A stretch of 64,000 nt of DNA from an uncultured Myxococcales bacterium (GCA_964571275.1 CAZNCQ010000006.1:4770-68769); one strand, 5' to 3'. Shown: positions 55,040 to 64,000, counted from the first letter of the stretch. Notes: generated by a model not told the origin, from the sequence alone. A program made the numbers and translations.

Positions 55040-55849
55040 GTGCTCGTGGCGCGCGTTGCACGAATCGGCGAACGGATGTCGGCGCGGGTCCTCGGACCTG
55101 TGGGCCGGAGCGCCGGCCGCTTCGTGGCCGACTCCGGACGGCTCCTCCTGTTCGTCGCGGTCGGGGCGCGGCGAATCGTGAGCGCGCCCTTCCGGTTGCC
55201 CCAGATCGCGGCGCAGCTCGAGTTCATCGGAGGGCGCTCGATCGGCGTCGTCGCGCTGTCGGCGATCTTCACCGGGCTCGTCCTGGCGCTGCAGGGCTAC
55301 AGCGTGCTGGTTCGCTTCGGCAGCGAGAACCTGGTCGGCTCGCTGGTCGCCCTCAGCCTGACGCGCGAGCTGGCGCCCGTGCTGGCCGCCCTCATGGTGA
55401 CGGCGCGGGCCGGCTCGGCCACCGCGGCGATCATCGGGAACATGGCGGTCACCGAGCAGATCGACGCGCTCCGCTCGCTGGCCATCGATCCGATGAGCTA
55501 TCTGGTCTCGCCGCGGCTGGTGGCGGCGGTCCTGTCGCTGCCGATCTTGACGGCGTTGTTCTCGCTCGCGGGCATCGCCGCCGCGTTCCTCTTCGGCGTC
55601 TCGGTGCTCGGCCTCGACGGGCTGGCGTTCATGTCGAATGTTCGGTCCTCGGTCCAGGTCAAGGACGTGTCGGTGGGACTGTGGAAGGCGGTGGTCTTCG
55701 GCGTGATCATCGCCGCGGTCTCCACGTTTCGCGGGTACGAGGCCCGGGGCGGCGCGCAGGGCGTGGGCCGCGCCACCAGCCGCACCGTCGTCGAGAGCGC
55801 CGTGCTCATCCTCAGCGGTGACTACGTCATGACCGCCCTCTTCTTCTGA
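55040..55849 (+). CDS. mlaE: MlaE-family ABC transporter permease
   Basis: LEFIGGRSIGVVALSAIFTGLVLALQG, LTRELAPVLAALMVTARAGSA, TEQIDALRSLAIDP. GTG 55040 has GGAGGA 5 nt upstream (alternative ATG at 55076). Confidence 0.85.
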   Translation: MLVARVARIGERMSARVLGPVGRSAGRFVADSGRLLLFVAVGARRIVSAPFRLPQIAAQLEFIGGRSIGVVALSAIFTGLVLALQGYSVLVRFGSENLVGSLVALSLTRELAPVLAALMVTARAGSATAAIIGNMAVTEQIDALRSLAIDPMSYLVSPRLVAAVLSLPILTALFSLAGIAAAFLFGVSVLGLDGLAFMSNVRSSVQVKDVSVGLWKAVVFGVIIAAVSTFRGYEARGGAQGVGRATSRTVVESAVLILSGDYVMTALFF

Positions 55850-55876
55850 GGACGATCGGGCCGGGCGGAGCCTTGC

Positions 55877-56410
55877 ATGCTCGACTACACCAAGACCGAG
55901 ATCATCGCCGGCATGTTCCTGATCCTCGGGTTGATCGCGCTCGCGTATCTTTCAGTCTCGATAGGCGGGCTGAAGATCGTCCCCGCGCACACGTACGGTG
56001 TCTCGGCGCGGTTCTCGAACATCGGCGACCTCAAACAGCGCGCGCCGGTGAAGATGGCGGGCGTGACCGTCGGCGAGGTGCGCAGCATTCACCTGGCGGA
56101 CTACTACGCGTCGGTGACGATGACGGTCGACAGGACGCTCGCGCTCCCCGAGGACACCATCGCCTCGATCTCGACGGCGGGCCTGCTCGGTGAGTCGTAC
56201 GTGTCGCTGTCGCCGGGCGCGTCCGACCGCAACCTGCCGCCGGGCGGCCGCATCGTGCACACCGAGCCCGCGGTGAACGTGGTCGACCTCATCAGCCGCT
56301 TTGCCTTCGGCGGCGCGGGCGCGGCATCGACCGGCGGCAGCTCGGGTCATGCCGCACCGGCCCCACCCTCACCCAAGAACCCCGCTCCACGAAAGGAACA
56401 ACTCCGATGA
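55877..56410 (+). CDS. mlaD: MlaD/MCE-domain protein
   Basis: N-terminal TM anchor followed by an MCE domain (ARFSNIGDLKQRAPVKMAGVTVGEVRSI...GLLGESYVSLSPG). Confidence 0.85.
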   Translation: MLDYTKTEIIAGMFLILGLIALAYLSVSIGGLKIVPAHTYGVSARFSNIGDLKQRAPVKMAGVTVGEVRSIHLADYYASVTMTVDRTLALPEDTIASISTAGLLGESYVSLSPGASDRNLPPGGRIVHTEPAVNVVDLISRFAFGGAGAASTGGSSGHAAPAPPSPKNPAPRKEQLR

Positions 56411-58563
56411 TGCTCGCGCGCCGATCCGTTCACATCCTGGTCGCGTCGGCGCTGGCGGCTTCGCCCGCGGGCGCGCGCACACTCGACCGGAGGAGCGCTG
56501 TCCGCATCGCGCTCGAGCAAAACCCCCAGGTCGCCGCGGCTCGCGCCGAAGAGGCGGTGGTCAAGGCGCAGCGCGGGCAGGCTGACGCGGCCCGCTGGCC
56601 CATGGTCAGCTTCCTCGCCGGGGTCGGACCGTCCGAGCGGGCGACGCTGGTGCCCGGGACCGCGGTGCAATCGACCAAGAGCCTCTACAACGACTTCAGC
56701 TTCTCCGACCTGTCGGCGGTCTTCATCGGCAACCTGTCGGCGATCCAGCCGCTCTATACCTTCGGCAAGATCGCCAAGCGTCAGGAGGCAGCCGACGCCG
56801 GGCTGCGCGCGCGCGAGGCGCAGACACGCATGACCAAGGCCGACGTGGCGTTCGAGGTCGCGCAGATCTACGAGGGCTACCTCTACGCGCGCGACGCGCA
56901 GCGATACTTCGAGGAGATCGTGCACTGGCTGGGCAGCACGCTGCAGTCGGCGACGGAGCGGCTGGCCGGCAAGGTGCAAGGAGTCAGCGAGCGGGATCTG
57001 CTGCGGCTGCAGGCGGGGATCGCGCTCGCGAACATGGGCCTCGATCAGGCCAACGCCGGGATGGCGCAAGCAACGGCCGGCCTGACCGCCTACCTGGCGC
57101 TTCCAGCCGGGGAGCCGATCACGTTCGCGGAGGACGAGCTCCTGCGCGTCGGAGGAACTCCGGGAGATCTCGCCTCGCTGATGGCGCTGGCGGCCGGGCA
57201 CCGGCCGGAGCTGGTGGCGCTCCGCAACGGCCAGCTCGCGCTCGAGGCGCTGGCGAGCGCCGAGGCGGCGGGGTTCAAGCCCGACCTGTTCTTGCTCGGC
57301 TTTGTCAGCGCCGCGTACACGCCGGGCCGGGACTGGATCGAGACGCGCTTCATTGTCGATCCCCTGAACAACTTCATCCCGGGCGCGCTGCTCGGTTTGC
57401 GCTGGCAATTCCAGGGAACGATGGCTCAGAGGCGCGCCGACGAGGAGCGAGCTCACGCCGACGTCCTGCGCTTCACCGGCGCGTGGGCGAACGACGGCAT
57501 TCCCGCGGAGGTGCGCAAGGCCTACGAGGACGTCCGCCGCACCGACCTCGACATCGAGAAGGGAACGGTGGGCGTCGCGAAGGCGCGCAAGTGGATGGTC
57601 ATGGCGGGCGCCGACTACAGCGTCGGCTTCCTCGACGTGCGCGAGGTGTCGGACGCCGTGACCGCCTACGTGGCCCTGCGCACGGCGGTCATGAAAGCGC
57701 ACTTCGACCACAACGTCGCCATGGCCGCGCTCTCGAAGGCGACCGGGACGCTCGACGACAAGAGCGACCTCCTCTACCTGGCGCCGCCCGTGCCCCGGCC
57801 CGCCGTCCGCGGCGAGGGCGCGAAGCTCGAGCTCGACGAGGATCGCGGGGCGCTCGCCGCGCTCACGAGCGCGGACCGGACCGCGGCGTCCTGGGTTGGC
57901 GGCGCGGCGCCACGACCGGGGGCAAGCCCGGGGGCAAGCTTCACGGGCGACCACCAGCGGCGAAGCGCGCTCGCCGACAGCGCGGGTGGCGGTGCCGGAA
58001 CCGGCGGACCCGTGGGACAGGAGGGCGAGCCGCCGGCGATCATCCGCAAGACCGTCGACGAGGCCTTCGCGGTGCTCAAGGACAAGTCGCTCACCGGCCC
58101 CCGGCAGCGCCCGAAGCGGATCGCCGGCCTGCGCGCGATCGCCGATCGCGTGTTCGACTGGGCCGAGATGGCAAAGAGCAGCCTCGGCGTGCAGTGGCGC
58201 AGCCTGCGCCCCGGCGAACGCGCGCGCTTCGTCGAGGTGTTCAAGGACGTGCTGGCCGCGCAGTACATCGACGACATCGATCGCTTCCAGGGCACCGAGA
58301 AGGTCACCGTCGAGGGCGCGACCCACGACGGCGAGGATGTCACCGTTCACACGATCCTCATCACCGCCGCGCGCGACAACGTCCCCATCGACTACCGCAT
58401 GCGCGAGCAGCAGAACCGCTGGGCGGTCGTCGACATCAGCGTCGAAGGGGTGAGCCTGGTCAACCATTTCCGCGGGACGTTCTCGAACGCGCTGACCAAC
58501 ATGACCGTCGAGCAGCTCATCGACCGGCTCCGCCACCAGCTCCCGCAAAGCGAGCGGCCGTAG
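56407..58563 (+). CDS. TolC-like outer-membrane protein fused to MlaC-like (Ttg2D/toluene tolerance) domain
   Basis: ATG overlaps the mlaD stop (ATGATG/TGA). Residues ~25-455 are typical OEP/TolC repeats. After a Gly/Ala/Pro-rich linker, the C-terminal ~190 aa match MlaC (…RIAGLRAIADRVFDWAEMAKSSLGVQWRSL...RFVEVFKDVLAAQYIDDI...NRWAVVDISVEGVSLV). Confidence 0.8.
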   Translation: MMLARRSVHILVASALAASPAGARTLDRRSAVRIALEQNPQVAAARAEEAVVKAQRGQADAARWPMVSFLAGVGPSERATLVPGTAVQSTKSLYNDFSFSDLSAVFIGNLSAIQPLYTFGKIAKRQEAADAGLRAREAQTRMTKADVAFEVAQIYEGYLYARDAQRYFEEIVHWLGSTLQSATERLAGKVQGVSERDLLRLQAGIALANMGLDQANAGMAQATAGLTAYLALPAGEPITFAEDELLRVGGTPGDLASLMALAAGHRPELVALRNGQLALEALASAEAAGFKPDLFLLGFVSAAYTPGRDWIETRFIVDPLNNFIPGALLGLRWQFQGTMAQRRADEERAHADVLRFTGAWANDGIPAEVRKAYEDVRRTDLDIEKGTVGVAKARKWMVMAGADYSVGFLDVREVSDAVTAYVALRTAVMKAHFDHNVAMAALSKATGTLDDKSDLLYLAPPVPRPAVRGEGAKLELDEDRGALAALTSADRTAASWVGGAAPRPGASPGASFTGDHQRRSALADSAGGGAGTGGPVGQEGEPPAIIRKTVDEAFAVLKDKSLTGPRQRPKRIAGLRAIADRVFDWAEMAKSSLGVQWRSLRPGERARFVEVFKDVLAAQYIDDIDRFQGTEKVTVEGATHDGEDVTVHTILITAARDNVPIDYRMREQQNRWAVVDISVEGVSLVNHFRGTFSNALTNMTVEQLIDRLRHQLPQSERP

Positions 58564-58764
58564 CTCGTCAGGGGGCTCGGGCCACGGCGGATCACGGCGC
58601 TCACACGACCGAACCACGACAGGAATGTCGGGCGACGACGGATCGTCGATGCGTCCGGAGCGCGAGGCGATCGACACCTCGCGGACGAAGCGTCGCCGCG
58701 ACAGCGTCGCGCGCGGGCGGAGGGTCGGCGCCGGATTGGTACGAGGCTTGCGTTTCGGGTCACC

Positions 58765-60081
58765 GTGACGATGACCTCGACGAACCTCGACGTCGCGCCG
58801 GCGATCGACGCGGCAGCGCCGGGCGCTGGGCGTCGCCGCTGGCGCCCGCGCGCGTCGTCGCTGGCGCTGGTTGGCGTCATCGCCGCGTGCCTCATCTGCT
58901 TTGCCCAGAGCGTGCGCGCACCGATCTTCGAGAACCTACGCGGGGGCGGCGGCAACCTCCATGCGCACCAGGCGCGCGCGTTTCTGTCCGGCCATCTCGA
59001 CATCGACACGCCAGGGTTCTTCGACAGCGCCGCCTACAAGGGGCGCACCTACGATCCGTTCCCGCCCATGCCGGCGGTGGTGATGATGCCGATCGTTGCG
59101 CTGGTGGGCGTCGATCGGACCAACGGCCCGATCCTGGCGCTGGTGCTGACCCTGCTCAACGTGGTCGTCGGTTACCGGCTGGCACGCCGGCTGGGGTTGT
59201 CGCCGCGCGAGCGCGTCTGGTGGCTGGTCGCGATGTTCCTGGGCACCGGGTACTGGCTAGCGATCATCAGTAGCACCGGCGTCTGGTACTTCGCCCACGT
59301 GGTGGCGTTCACCGCTCTGCTGCTCGCAGTGGCCGAGGCATGGGGCAAGGGGCGCGGGCACTGGGTCGGACTGGCATTCGCGGCCGCGTTCCTCTCGCGC
59401 CAGCTCACGCTGTTCGCGGGGTTGGCGCTGGCCTCCCGCCTCTGGTCGCATCCGCGCTTCGTCGACCGGCGCGCTCGTTGCCTGAACCTGGCCGCGTTCG
59501 GCGCGACGGCGAGCTTGGGCCTCGCCGCGTACCTGGCGTTCAACCGCGCGCGCTTCGGTCACGTGTTCGAGACCGGTTACCGCTACCTGCAGTTCGACGG
59601 ATTTCTCAAAGAGCGGTTCGCGCGGCACGGGCTCTTCAGCGCGGCTTATCTCCCGTTCAACTTCATCTACCTGACGGTGCAGGGCGTGCACGTCGACTTC
59701 ACGTCGCCGGCCAAGCTCGCGGGTGTCACCACCGACGCCTTCGGCGCGTCGCTGCTGGGGACCAGCCCGTTCGTCGTGGTCGCCGCCTTCGCGCGCCGCG
59801 CCGACGCGCCGACGCGCGCGCTCTGGCTATCGGTCGCGGCCATCACCCTCGGCCAGCTCCTTTACCTGAACAACGGCTTCTCGCAGACCAATACGCAGCG
59901 CTTCACGCTCGACTTCATGCCCGTGCTGTTCGTGCTGGTCGCGATCGGCCTGCGGCGCGAGGCGGAGCGCGGCCGCGCCAGGCTGTGGCACGGCGCCATC
60001 GCCTACGCTGCGTTGCTGAACGCCCTCGTCATGTCGCTGTTGCCGGCGCTGGATGGAGCGTTTCGCGCGCTCGAGCGCTAG
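58765..60081 (+). CDS. polytopic membrane protein, probable GT-C type glycosyltransferase
   Basis: 438 aa with about 10 TM helices. Loop motifs resemble ArnT/PMT_2-type enzymes. The assignment is tentative. Confidence 0.5.
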   Translation: MTMTSTNLDVAPAIDAAAPGAGRRRWRPRASSLALVGVIAACLICFAQSVRAPIFENLRGGGGNLHAHQARAFLSGHLDIDTPGFFDSAAYKGRTYDPFPPMPAVVMMPIVALVGVDRTNGPILALVLTLLNVVVGYRLARRLGLSPRERVWWLVAMFLGTGYWLAIISSTGVWYFAHVVAFTALLLAVAEAWGKGRGHWVGLAFAAAFLSRQLTLFAGLALASRLWSHPRFVDRRARCLNLAAFGATASLGLAAYLAFNRARFGHVFETGYRYLQFDGFLKERFARHGLFSAAYLPFNFIYLTVQGVHVDFTSPAKLAGVTTDAFGASLLGTSPFVVVAAFARRADAPTRALWLSVAAITLGQLLYLNNGFSQTNTQRFTLDFMPVLFVLVAIGLRREAERGRARLWHGAIAYAALLNALVMSLLPALDGAFRALER

Positions 60082-60159
60082 CGCGGCCCTCGCGCGGCCC
60101 GTACCGGCATCTCGGGCAGCCCCCGACGGCGACGACCGGCCGGCGCGCGCCGCCGGCGC

Positions 60160-60483
60160 TCAGCGTCGTAGGCTCGAAGAGACCGCGACGTGACCGGCCG
60201 ATACTTTCGCGGTCGCGGCGCGGCGGCAATCCTTGTTGCCACACGCCAGGATGTCGTGGGTCCGGACGACGATGTCGTCGAGATCGGGAACGGACTGACC
60301 GCAGATCTCGCACGAGGCCTTCGGCACGCGGCGCTCGTCGTCCCTGACTTCCACTTGTACCGCCGTATACGCATGGCGTGAGATGCCCGCGCGGGATTGC
60401 GCCTCCTGCCGGGCGGCGTTCTCATCGTCGTACCGGCCGAACTGGCAACTGATGGTCTCGTCGAGCGCGGTCCACTTCTTCAC
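60160..60483 (-). CDS. small putative zinc-ribbon protein
   Basis: 107-aa ORF with a GTG start and two Cys pairs (CEIC ... CGNKDC). The SD is weak, so coding status is uncertain. Confidence 0.35.
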   Translation of the reverse strand: MKKWTALDETISCQFGRYDDENAARQEAQSRAGISRHAYTAVQVEVRDDERRVPKASCEICGQSVPDLDDIVVRTHDILACGNKDCRRAATAKVSAGHVAVSSSLRR

Positions 60484-60897
60484 GGCCTGGATACTACCTG
60501 ATTCGTCGGGGCCAGGCTCCGAAGACGCACCGAGATCGAGAATTGCCTCTTTTCTGCGCTCGAGCTCGAACCGACCGGTCCCGCTGGCCGCGCAACGCGT
60601 TCAAGGCCAGCGCCCCGCGACGACCAGACCTCCGGCCGGAGCGCTGTCGGCCGATCGCGACCCGAGACTGCCCAGGATTGACATCAGCGATGCCGCGACG
60701 CTACGGTCTCCGCGCGCGCAAAGCTTCGCGGAAGGAAACACAATGACTCCCGCTACAAGACTGTCGTACCAGGTCTTCATCTCCGATCCGTCCCGTGCGA
60801 CGACGCCGCGAACGCGCCCAACGGCGATCGACGCATGAGGTCTCGGCGCGCAAACGAGCTGTTCAGGTAGCTCGCTCGACATACGAGACGCGGCGCC

Positions 60898-62226
60898 GTG
60901 GAGGGCGACAGCGGAAGCGAAGAGGGACGGCGCCGGGCGCACCCGGTCATGCGGGCCGTCGCCACCCAGGTGCTGGTCCCTGCCCTGATCGGGCTCGGCA
61001 CCGGCGTCTGCGTGGTCGTCGCGTTCGGTCTCGTCGAAGGACTCGCGCTCAGCCATCTCGCCCGCCTGCCCGGGGGTCTCCCGGCGCTGTTTTCCCTCGC
61101 GGCGCTGGTTGCGACCCAGCTCGTGACCCGCTACGTGACGCGCACCGCGCACCCCGCGACCACCGAGGTCTACATCCTGGCGTACCACGACCCGAAGGCG
61201 CGGATCTCGTTGTCTCAGGTGCCGGGCCGCGTGCTCGCCGCGGCGGCGACGATCTCGTTCGGCGGCTCGCAAGGACTCGAGTCACCCTCGGCATTGATGG
61301 GCGTCTCGCTGGGTCAGATCGCCGGCGGCGTGATGCGCGGGCGCGTCCGGGACGAGGAGCGCCGAGCGTGGATGATCGCGGGCGCCAGCGCCGGGATCGC
61401 CGCGGTCTTCTCCTCGCCGGGCGTGGGGATGTTGTACGGCATCGAGGTGCCGTTCCGACGAGACGTCGACGGGCGGCACCTCGTTCCCTCGGCGGTCGCG
61501 GCGGCCTGCGCCTACGCGGTGCGCGCGCGCCTGATCGGCGCGCGCAGCCTGGTCACGCTGGCCGCCGCACCGATCTTCGACACCCGATTCGTCCTCGGCT
61601 GTCTGCTGACCGCGCTGGCTTGCGGTTTCGGCGCGCGGCTCTTCGCGATCGCCAGCCTGGCCCTGCAGCGCATCGGCGCCCGTACGACGGTGTGGCTGCG
61701 CAGCGCGTTTGCGGGCGCGGTGCTGGCGGCGCTGGCGTGGACCGGACACGCGCTCACCGGACGCTGGATCACGTTCGGTCCCGGTTACTACGCAGCGGCC
61801 TGGGTCACCGGTCATCATCATGCGGTGTGGCTGGTGGCCGCGATCCTGGTGATTCGCACCGCCGGGACGTTGACGTGCGTCTTCGGCGGCGGTGGCGGTG
61901 GTGTCTTCACCTCGCTCGCGTGCACGGGCCTGCTCGTCGGGCAGATCGTCGGCCAGGTCGTCGGCCGCGCCGAGGGCCAGGTCGACGGCAACGTGTTCGC
62001 CGTCCTCGGAATGGCTTGCTTTCTCGGCGCGGGCTACCGCATCCCCCTCGGCGCCATGCTGCTGGTTGCCGAGACGACGGGCAACCTGCTCATGACGGTG
62101 TCTGGGCTCGTCGTCGTCGCGCTCGGGCAGGTGCTGGTCGGTGAGCGCTCGGTGTCCGACGCGCAGCACGAGGAGCGCACGCTGCCTGCGGAATCGGGAG
62201 CAGACCCGCGTGGGACCAGGAGATAG
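60898..62226 (+). CDS. ClC-family chloride channel/antiporter protein
   Basis: About 10 TM helices with ClC-like selectivity-filter blocks (GGSQGLESPS, GVGMLYGIEVPF, GGGGGVFTS). Start is GTG 60898 or ATG 60949. Confidence 0.8.
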   Translation: MEGDSGSEEGRRRAHPVMRAVATQVLVPALIGLGTGVCVVVAFGLVEGLALSHLARLPGGLPALFSLAALVATQLVTRYVTRTAHPATTEVYILAYHDPKARISLSQVPGRVLAAAATISFGGSQGLESPSALMGVSLGQIAGGVMRGRVRDEERRAWMIAGASAGIAAVFSSPGVGMLYGIEVPFRRDVDGRHLVPSAVAAACAYAVRARLIGARSLVTLAAAPIFDTRFVLGCLLTALACGFGARLFAIASLALQRIGARTTVWLRSAFAGAVLAALAWTGHALTGRWITFGPGYYAAAWVTGHHHAVWLVAAILVIRTAGTLTCVFGGGGGGVFTSLACTGLLVGQIVGQVVGRAEGQVDGNVFAVLGMACFLGAGYRIPLGAMLLVAETTGNLLMTVSGLVVVALGQVLVGERSVSDAQHEERTLPAESGADPRGTRR

Positions 62227-62294
62227 ACGATGGCGAGCACGGCTCGCTCTCCTGGCTTGCCCCGGCAGGAGCTGATCCGGCGCGCGCGCAATGA

Positions 62295-62717
62295 CCAGGA
62301 AGAGAGTCCAGCCGTACCCTGTCGCTGCCGGGATTGCTGCTCGAGTGGCATCGCTACTGGCCCGGGACGCGCGGGCATTGTTCGCTCGCCTGGCACGTGA
62401 TCTCGCTGTCGCGGTCGCCGGTCAGTCGAGGCGAGCGGGGCAACGATCGCGGTGGCTTCGTTCCGTTCGCCAAGACGCAGGGGACGATGACGATTCTTCC
62501 CGCGGGCGCGGGGCCGCCGGTGCGACTGGCGACGCCGACGGAGGTTGTGGTCTGCGCGCTCGATCCGAAGCTCGTCGGCGCCGTGGGTTCGGAGGTCGAA
62601 GGTCGCGCGCCGCCGGAGCTCGCCTTCATCGGCAGCATTCACGATCGGGACCTGCTGGATCTGCTTCGCATCCTCGGCCGCGAGGTCGACTATGCGACCC
62701 CGGCGTCCGGAGCGTGA
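62295..62717 (+). pseudogene. AraC-family regulator N-terminal (ligand-binding/cupin-type) fragment without HTH
   Basis: The frame is open from 62295 with no good start. It reads …LLLEWHRYWPGTRGHCSLAWHVISLS...GTMTILPAGAGPP...VVVCALDPKLV...IHDRDLLDLLRILGRE… and stops at 62717 before any HTH. Confidence 0.4.
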
Positions 62718-62794
62718 GGGCGAAGGCGGCGGCGATCGCCTTTCCGTCGCCACGGGATTGCGTTACTGCCCATCCGGGTACATGTTCACCGACC

Positions 62795-62920
62795 ATGGGC
62801 GACAAATCTCCGAAGTCGATGCGCAAGCAGGCCGATCAAAAACAGGCCAAGAACAGCGAAGACAATCGAAAGAAGCAAGCGGCCGTGGTCGCCAAGCAGG
62901 TGCCTGGGAAGAAGAAATAG
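62795..62920 (+). CDS. small lysine-rich basic protein (41 aa)
   Basis: MGDKSPKSMRKQADQKQAKNSEDNRKKQAAVVAKQVPGKKK. The local G+C is lower than surroundings and no clear SD is present. Coding status is uncertain. Confidence 0.3.
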   Translation: MGDKSPKSMRKQADQKQAKNSEDNRKKQAAVVAKQVPGKKK

Positions 62921-62930
62921 CGGCCTTCTC

Positions 62931-63566
62931 CTACTTCGTTCCGAACAGGCGATCCCCGGCGTCGCCCAGGCCGGGCAGGATGTAGCCGTGGTCGTCCAGG
63001 CCCTGGTCGATGGCGGCGGTGAAGATCGGCACATCGGGGTGGATCTCGTGAAAGTTCGACAGGCCTTCGGGCGAGGCCAGGATGCAGACGAACTTGATCG
63101 ACTTCGGTACGGTGGTCTTGATGCGGTCGACGGCGGCGATCGCGCTGTTGCCGGTGGCGATCATGGGATCGGCGACGATGATGTCACGGTCGCCCATCTC
63201 CTTCGGCATCTTGAAGTAGTACTCGACGGCGCCCAGCGTCTCGGGGTCGCGGTAAAGGCCGATGTGTCCCACGCGCGCCGACGGAAGGATGCGCAGCATG
63301 CCATCGACCATGCCCGTGCCGGCGCGCAGGATGTTCACCAGCACGACCTTTTTCCCCTCGAGCATCGGGGCGCGCATGGTGGCCAGCGGCGTCTCGATCT
63401 CCTGATAGACGAGCGGCAGATCGCGCGTCACCTCGTAGGCGAGCAGCGTGCTGATCTCGCCCAGCAGCTCGCGAAACGAGTTGGTGCTCCGCTCTTTCTG
63501 GCGCATGAGCGTGAGCTTGTGCTGGACCAGGGGGTGATCGATGACCCTGACGTTGGCGGCTGTCAT
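62931..63566 (-). CDS. upp: uracil phosphoribosyltransferase
   Basis: [34 protein letters not shown] and the PRPP motif [12 protein letters not shown]. 211 aa. Confidence 0.95.
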   Translation of the reverse strand: MTAANVRVIDHPLVQHKLTLMRQKERSTNSFRELLGEISTLLAYEVTRDLPLVYQEIETPLATMRAPMLEGKKVVLVNILRAGTGMVDGMLRILPSARVGHIGLYRDPETLGAVEYYFKMPKEMGDRDIIVADPMIATGNSAIAAVDRIKTTVPKSIKFVCILASPEGLSNFHEIHPDVPIFTAAIDQGLDDHGYILPGLGDAGDRLFGTK

Positions 63567-63575
63567 TCGGTCCTC

Positions 63576-64000
63576 TCAGAAAACGGTGCCGTCGCTCTTC
63601 ACGTGGATCGGGGGAGCGCCGTCAGGACGCCGCTCCTTGGCCAGCTCTCGCCCCGCGCGCCAGGTGCCGCCCTCGAGCACGCGCGCGAGGGGCAGCTCGT
63701 CTGCGCGCAGCCCGAGCTGTCGCCGTATCTCGACGGCGATCCGGTCGAGCAAGGCGACGGTCAGCGCGCGCCATTCGACCACCAGCGGCGATGACACATC
63801 ATGCGTGTCGGACAGCACGCGCGGATGCTTTGCGCCGAGCACGCCTCCGTCCACGAAGAGCCCGCCGTTGCGATATTCGGCCAGGCCGGTGAGCTCGCCC
63901 ATGTCGGCGATCCGCAAGCCGCTCTGCTCGAGCGGCTCGCACAGCGAGTAGGTGAGCCACTGCGAGAGCTTGTGAAAAGGCACACGGCCGACGGCAGGAT
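63576..64000 (-). CDS. URC4/DUF1688 family protein (C-terminal part; gene continues beyond the window end)
   Basis: VGRVPFHKLSQWLTYSLCEPLE...LTGLAEYRNGGLFVDGGVL is the conserved DUF1688 core. The frame remains open to position 64000. Confidence 0.7.
   Translation of the reverse strand, partial: PAVGRVPFHKLSQWLTYSLCEPLEQSGLRIADMGELTGLAEYRNGGLFVDGGVLGAKHPRVLSDTHDVSSPLVVEWRALTVALLDRIAVEIRRQLGLRADELPLARVLEGGTWRAGRELAKERRPDGAPPIHVKSDGTVF

Noticed and set aside
56347-58677. 776-aa minus-strand ORF opposite the TolC-MlaC gene; similar long shadow ORFs at 38792-41281, 39925-42312, 34934-36562, 46195-47934 and 42568-43683
   Set aside because: All lie antisense to or out of frame with genes that have clear family motifs. 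They have low-complexity Arg/Gly/Ala/Pro-rich translations and are high-GC shadow ORFs.
60686-60756. Possible fluoride (crcB-motif) riboswitch upstream of the ClC gene: AGCGAUGCCGCGACGCU ... AAUGACUCCCGCUAC
   Set aside because: Only the AAUGACUCC-like 3' element and a short P1-like stem resemble the consensus. The loop cannot form the required pseudoknot with the 3' element, and the AACCGCC-type junction is missing. A 9-mer match is expected by chance in 64 kb. The ClC also lacks obvious CLC-F features.
60601-61272. 223-aa minus-strand ORF, and a 93-aa sub-ORF starting near 60880, in the 414-bp gap upstream of ClC
   Set aside because: It overlaps the ClC N-terminus antisense. It has no SD, no motifs, and shadow-ORF composition.
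1-64000. Scan for tRNA/rRNA genes, CRISPR arrays, IS elements, integrases, phage genes and known defence-system signatures
   Set aside because: I recognised none by eye. There were no T-loop GGTTCGAATCC-type motifs outside coding sequence, no regularly spaced direct repeats, and no DDE, tyrosine or serine recombinase motifs. A computational scan (tRNAscan-SE, Infernal, ISEScan, DefenseFinder/PADLOC) would be needed to exclude them.

Overview
This is a high-G+C window (roughly 68-70% by eye) of bacterial chromosome. The gene content suggests a Myxococcota-like soil organism, with many secreted lipoprotein hydrolases, large PAS histidine kinases, and M16, S41 and M3 peptidases; this taxonomic guess is inference only. 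I saw no rRNA, tRNA, CRISPR array, transposase or integrase. Most of the window is ordinary housekeeping or accessory coding sequence:
- two hybrid PAS histidine kinases and a P-type ATPase;
- SGNH esterases, a GH128-like glucanase and an S1 protease;
- PepF, an M16 peptidase and a ClC channel;
- upp and a partial URC4-like gene.

The most interesting locus is at 12989-14953 on the minus strand. It is a translationally coupled three-gene operon. It encodes a 71-aa peptide with a single central A-G-C-G-H-C-G motif, a DUF692/MNIO (MbnB/TglH/BufB-type) iron oxidase, and a 263-aa partner protein. I cannot place this peptide in any described MNIO substrate family. The usual methanobactin, bufferin or thiaglutamate accessory genes are absent, so this is a candidate new RiPP system. 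It lies next to a small low-GC3, apparently foreign islet (11469-12992) that includes a Cys/His enzyme-like orphan.

Other notable observations:
- an Mla-like operon without an ATPase, ending in a TolC-MlaC fusion protein;
- an internally duplicated 1,400-aa membrane protein;
- an orphan FliL-like gene;
- an adenylate-kinase-like protein with an unknown C-terminal domain;
- a PhaR protein consisting only of the DNA-binding domain;
- two complementary AraC gene fragments whose polarity fits a ~50-kb inversion.

Start codons were chosen by eye from SD spacing and signal peptides and may be off by a few codons. All homology calls rest on motif recognition, not database searches.
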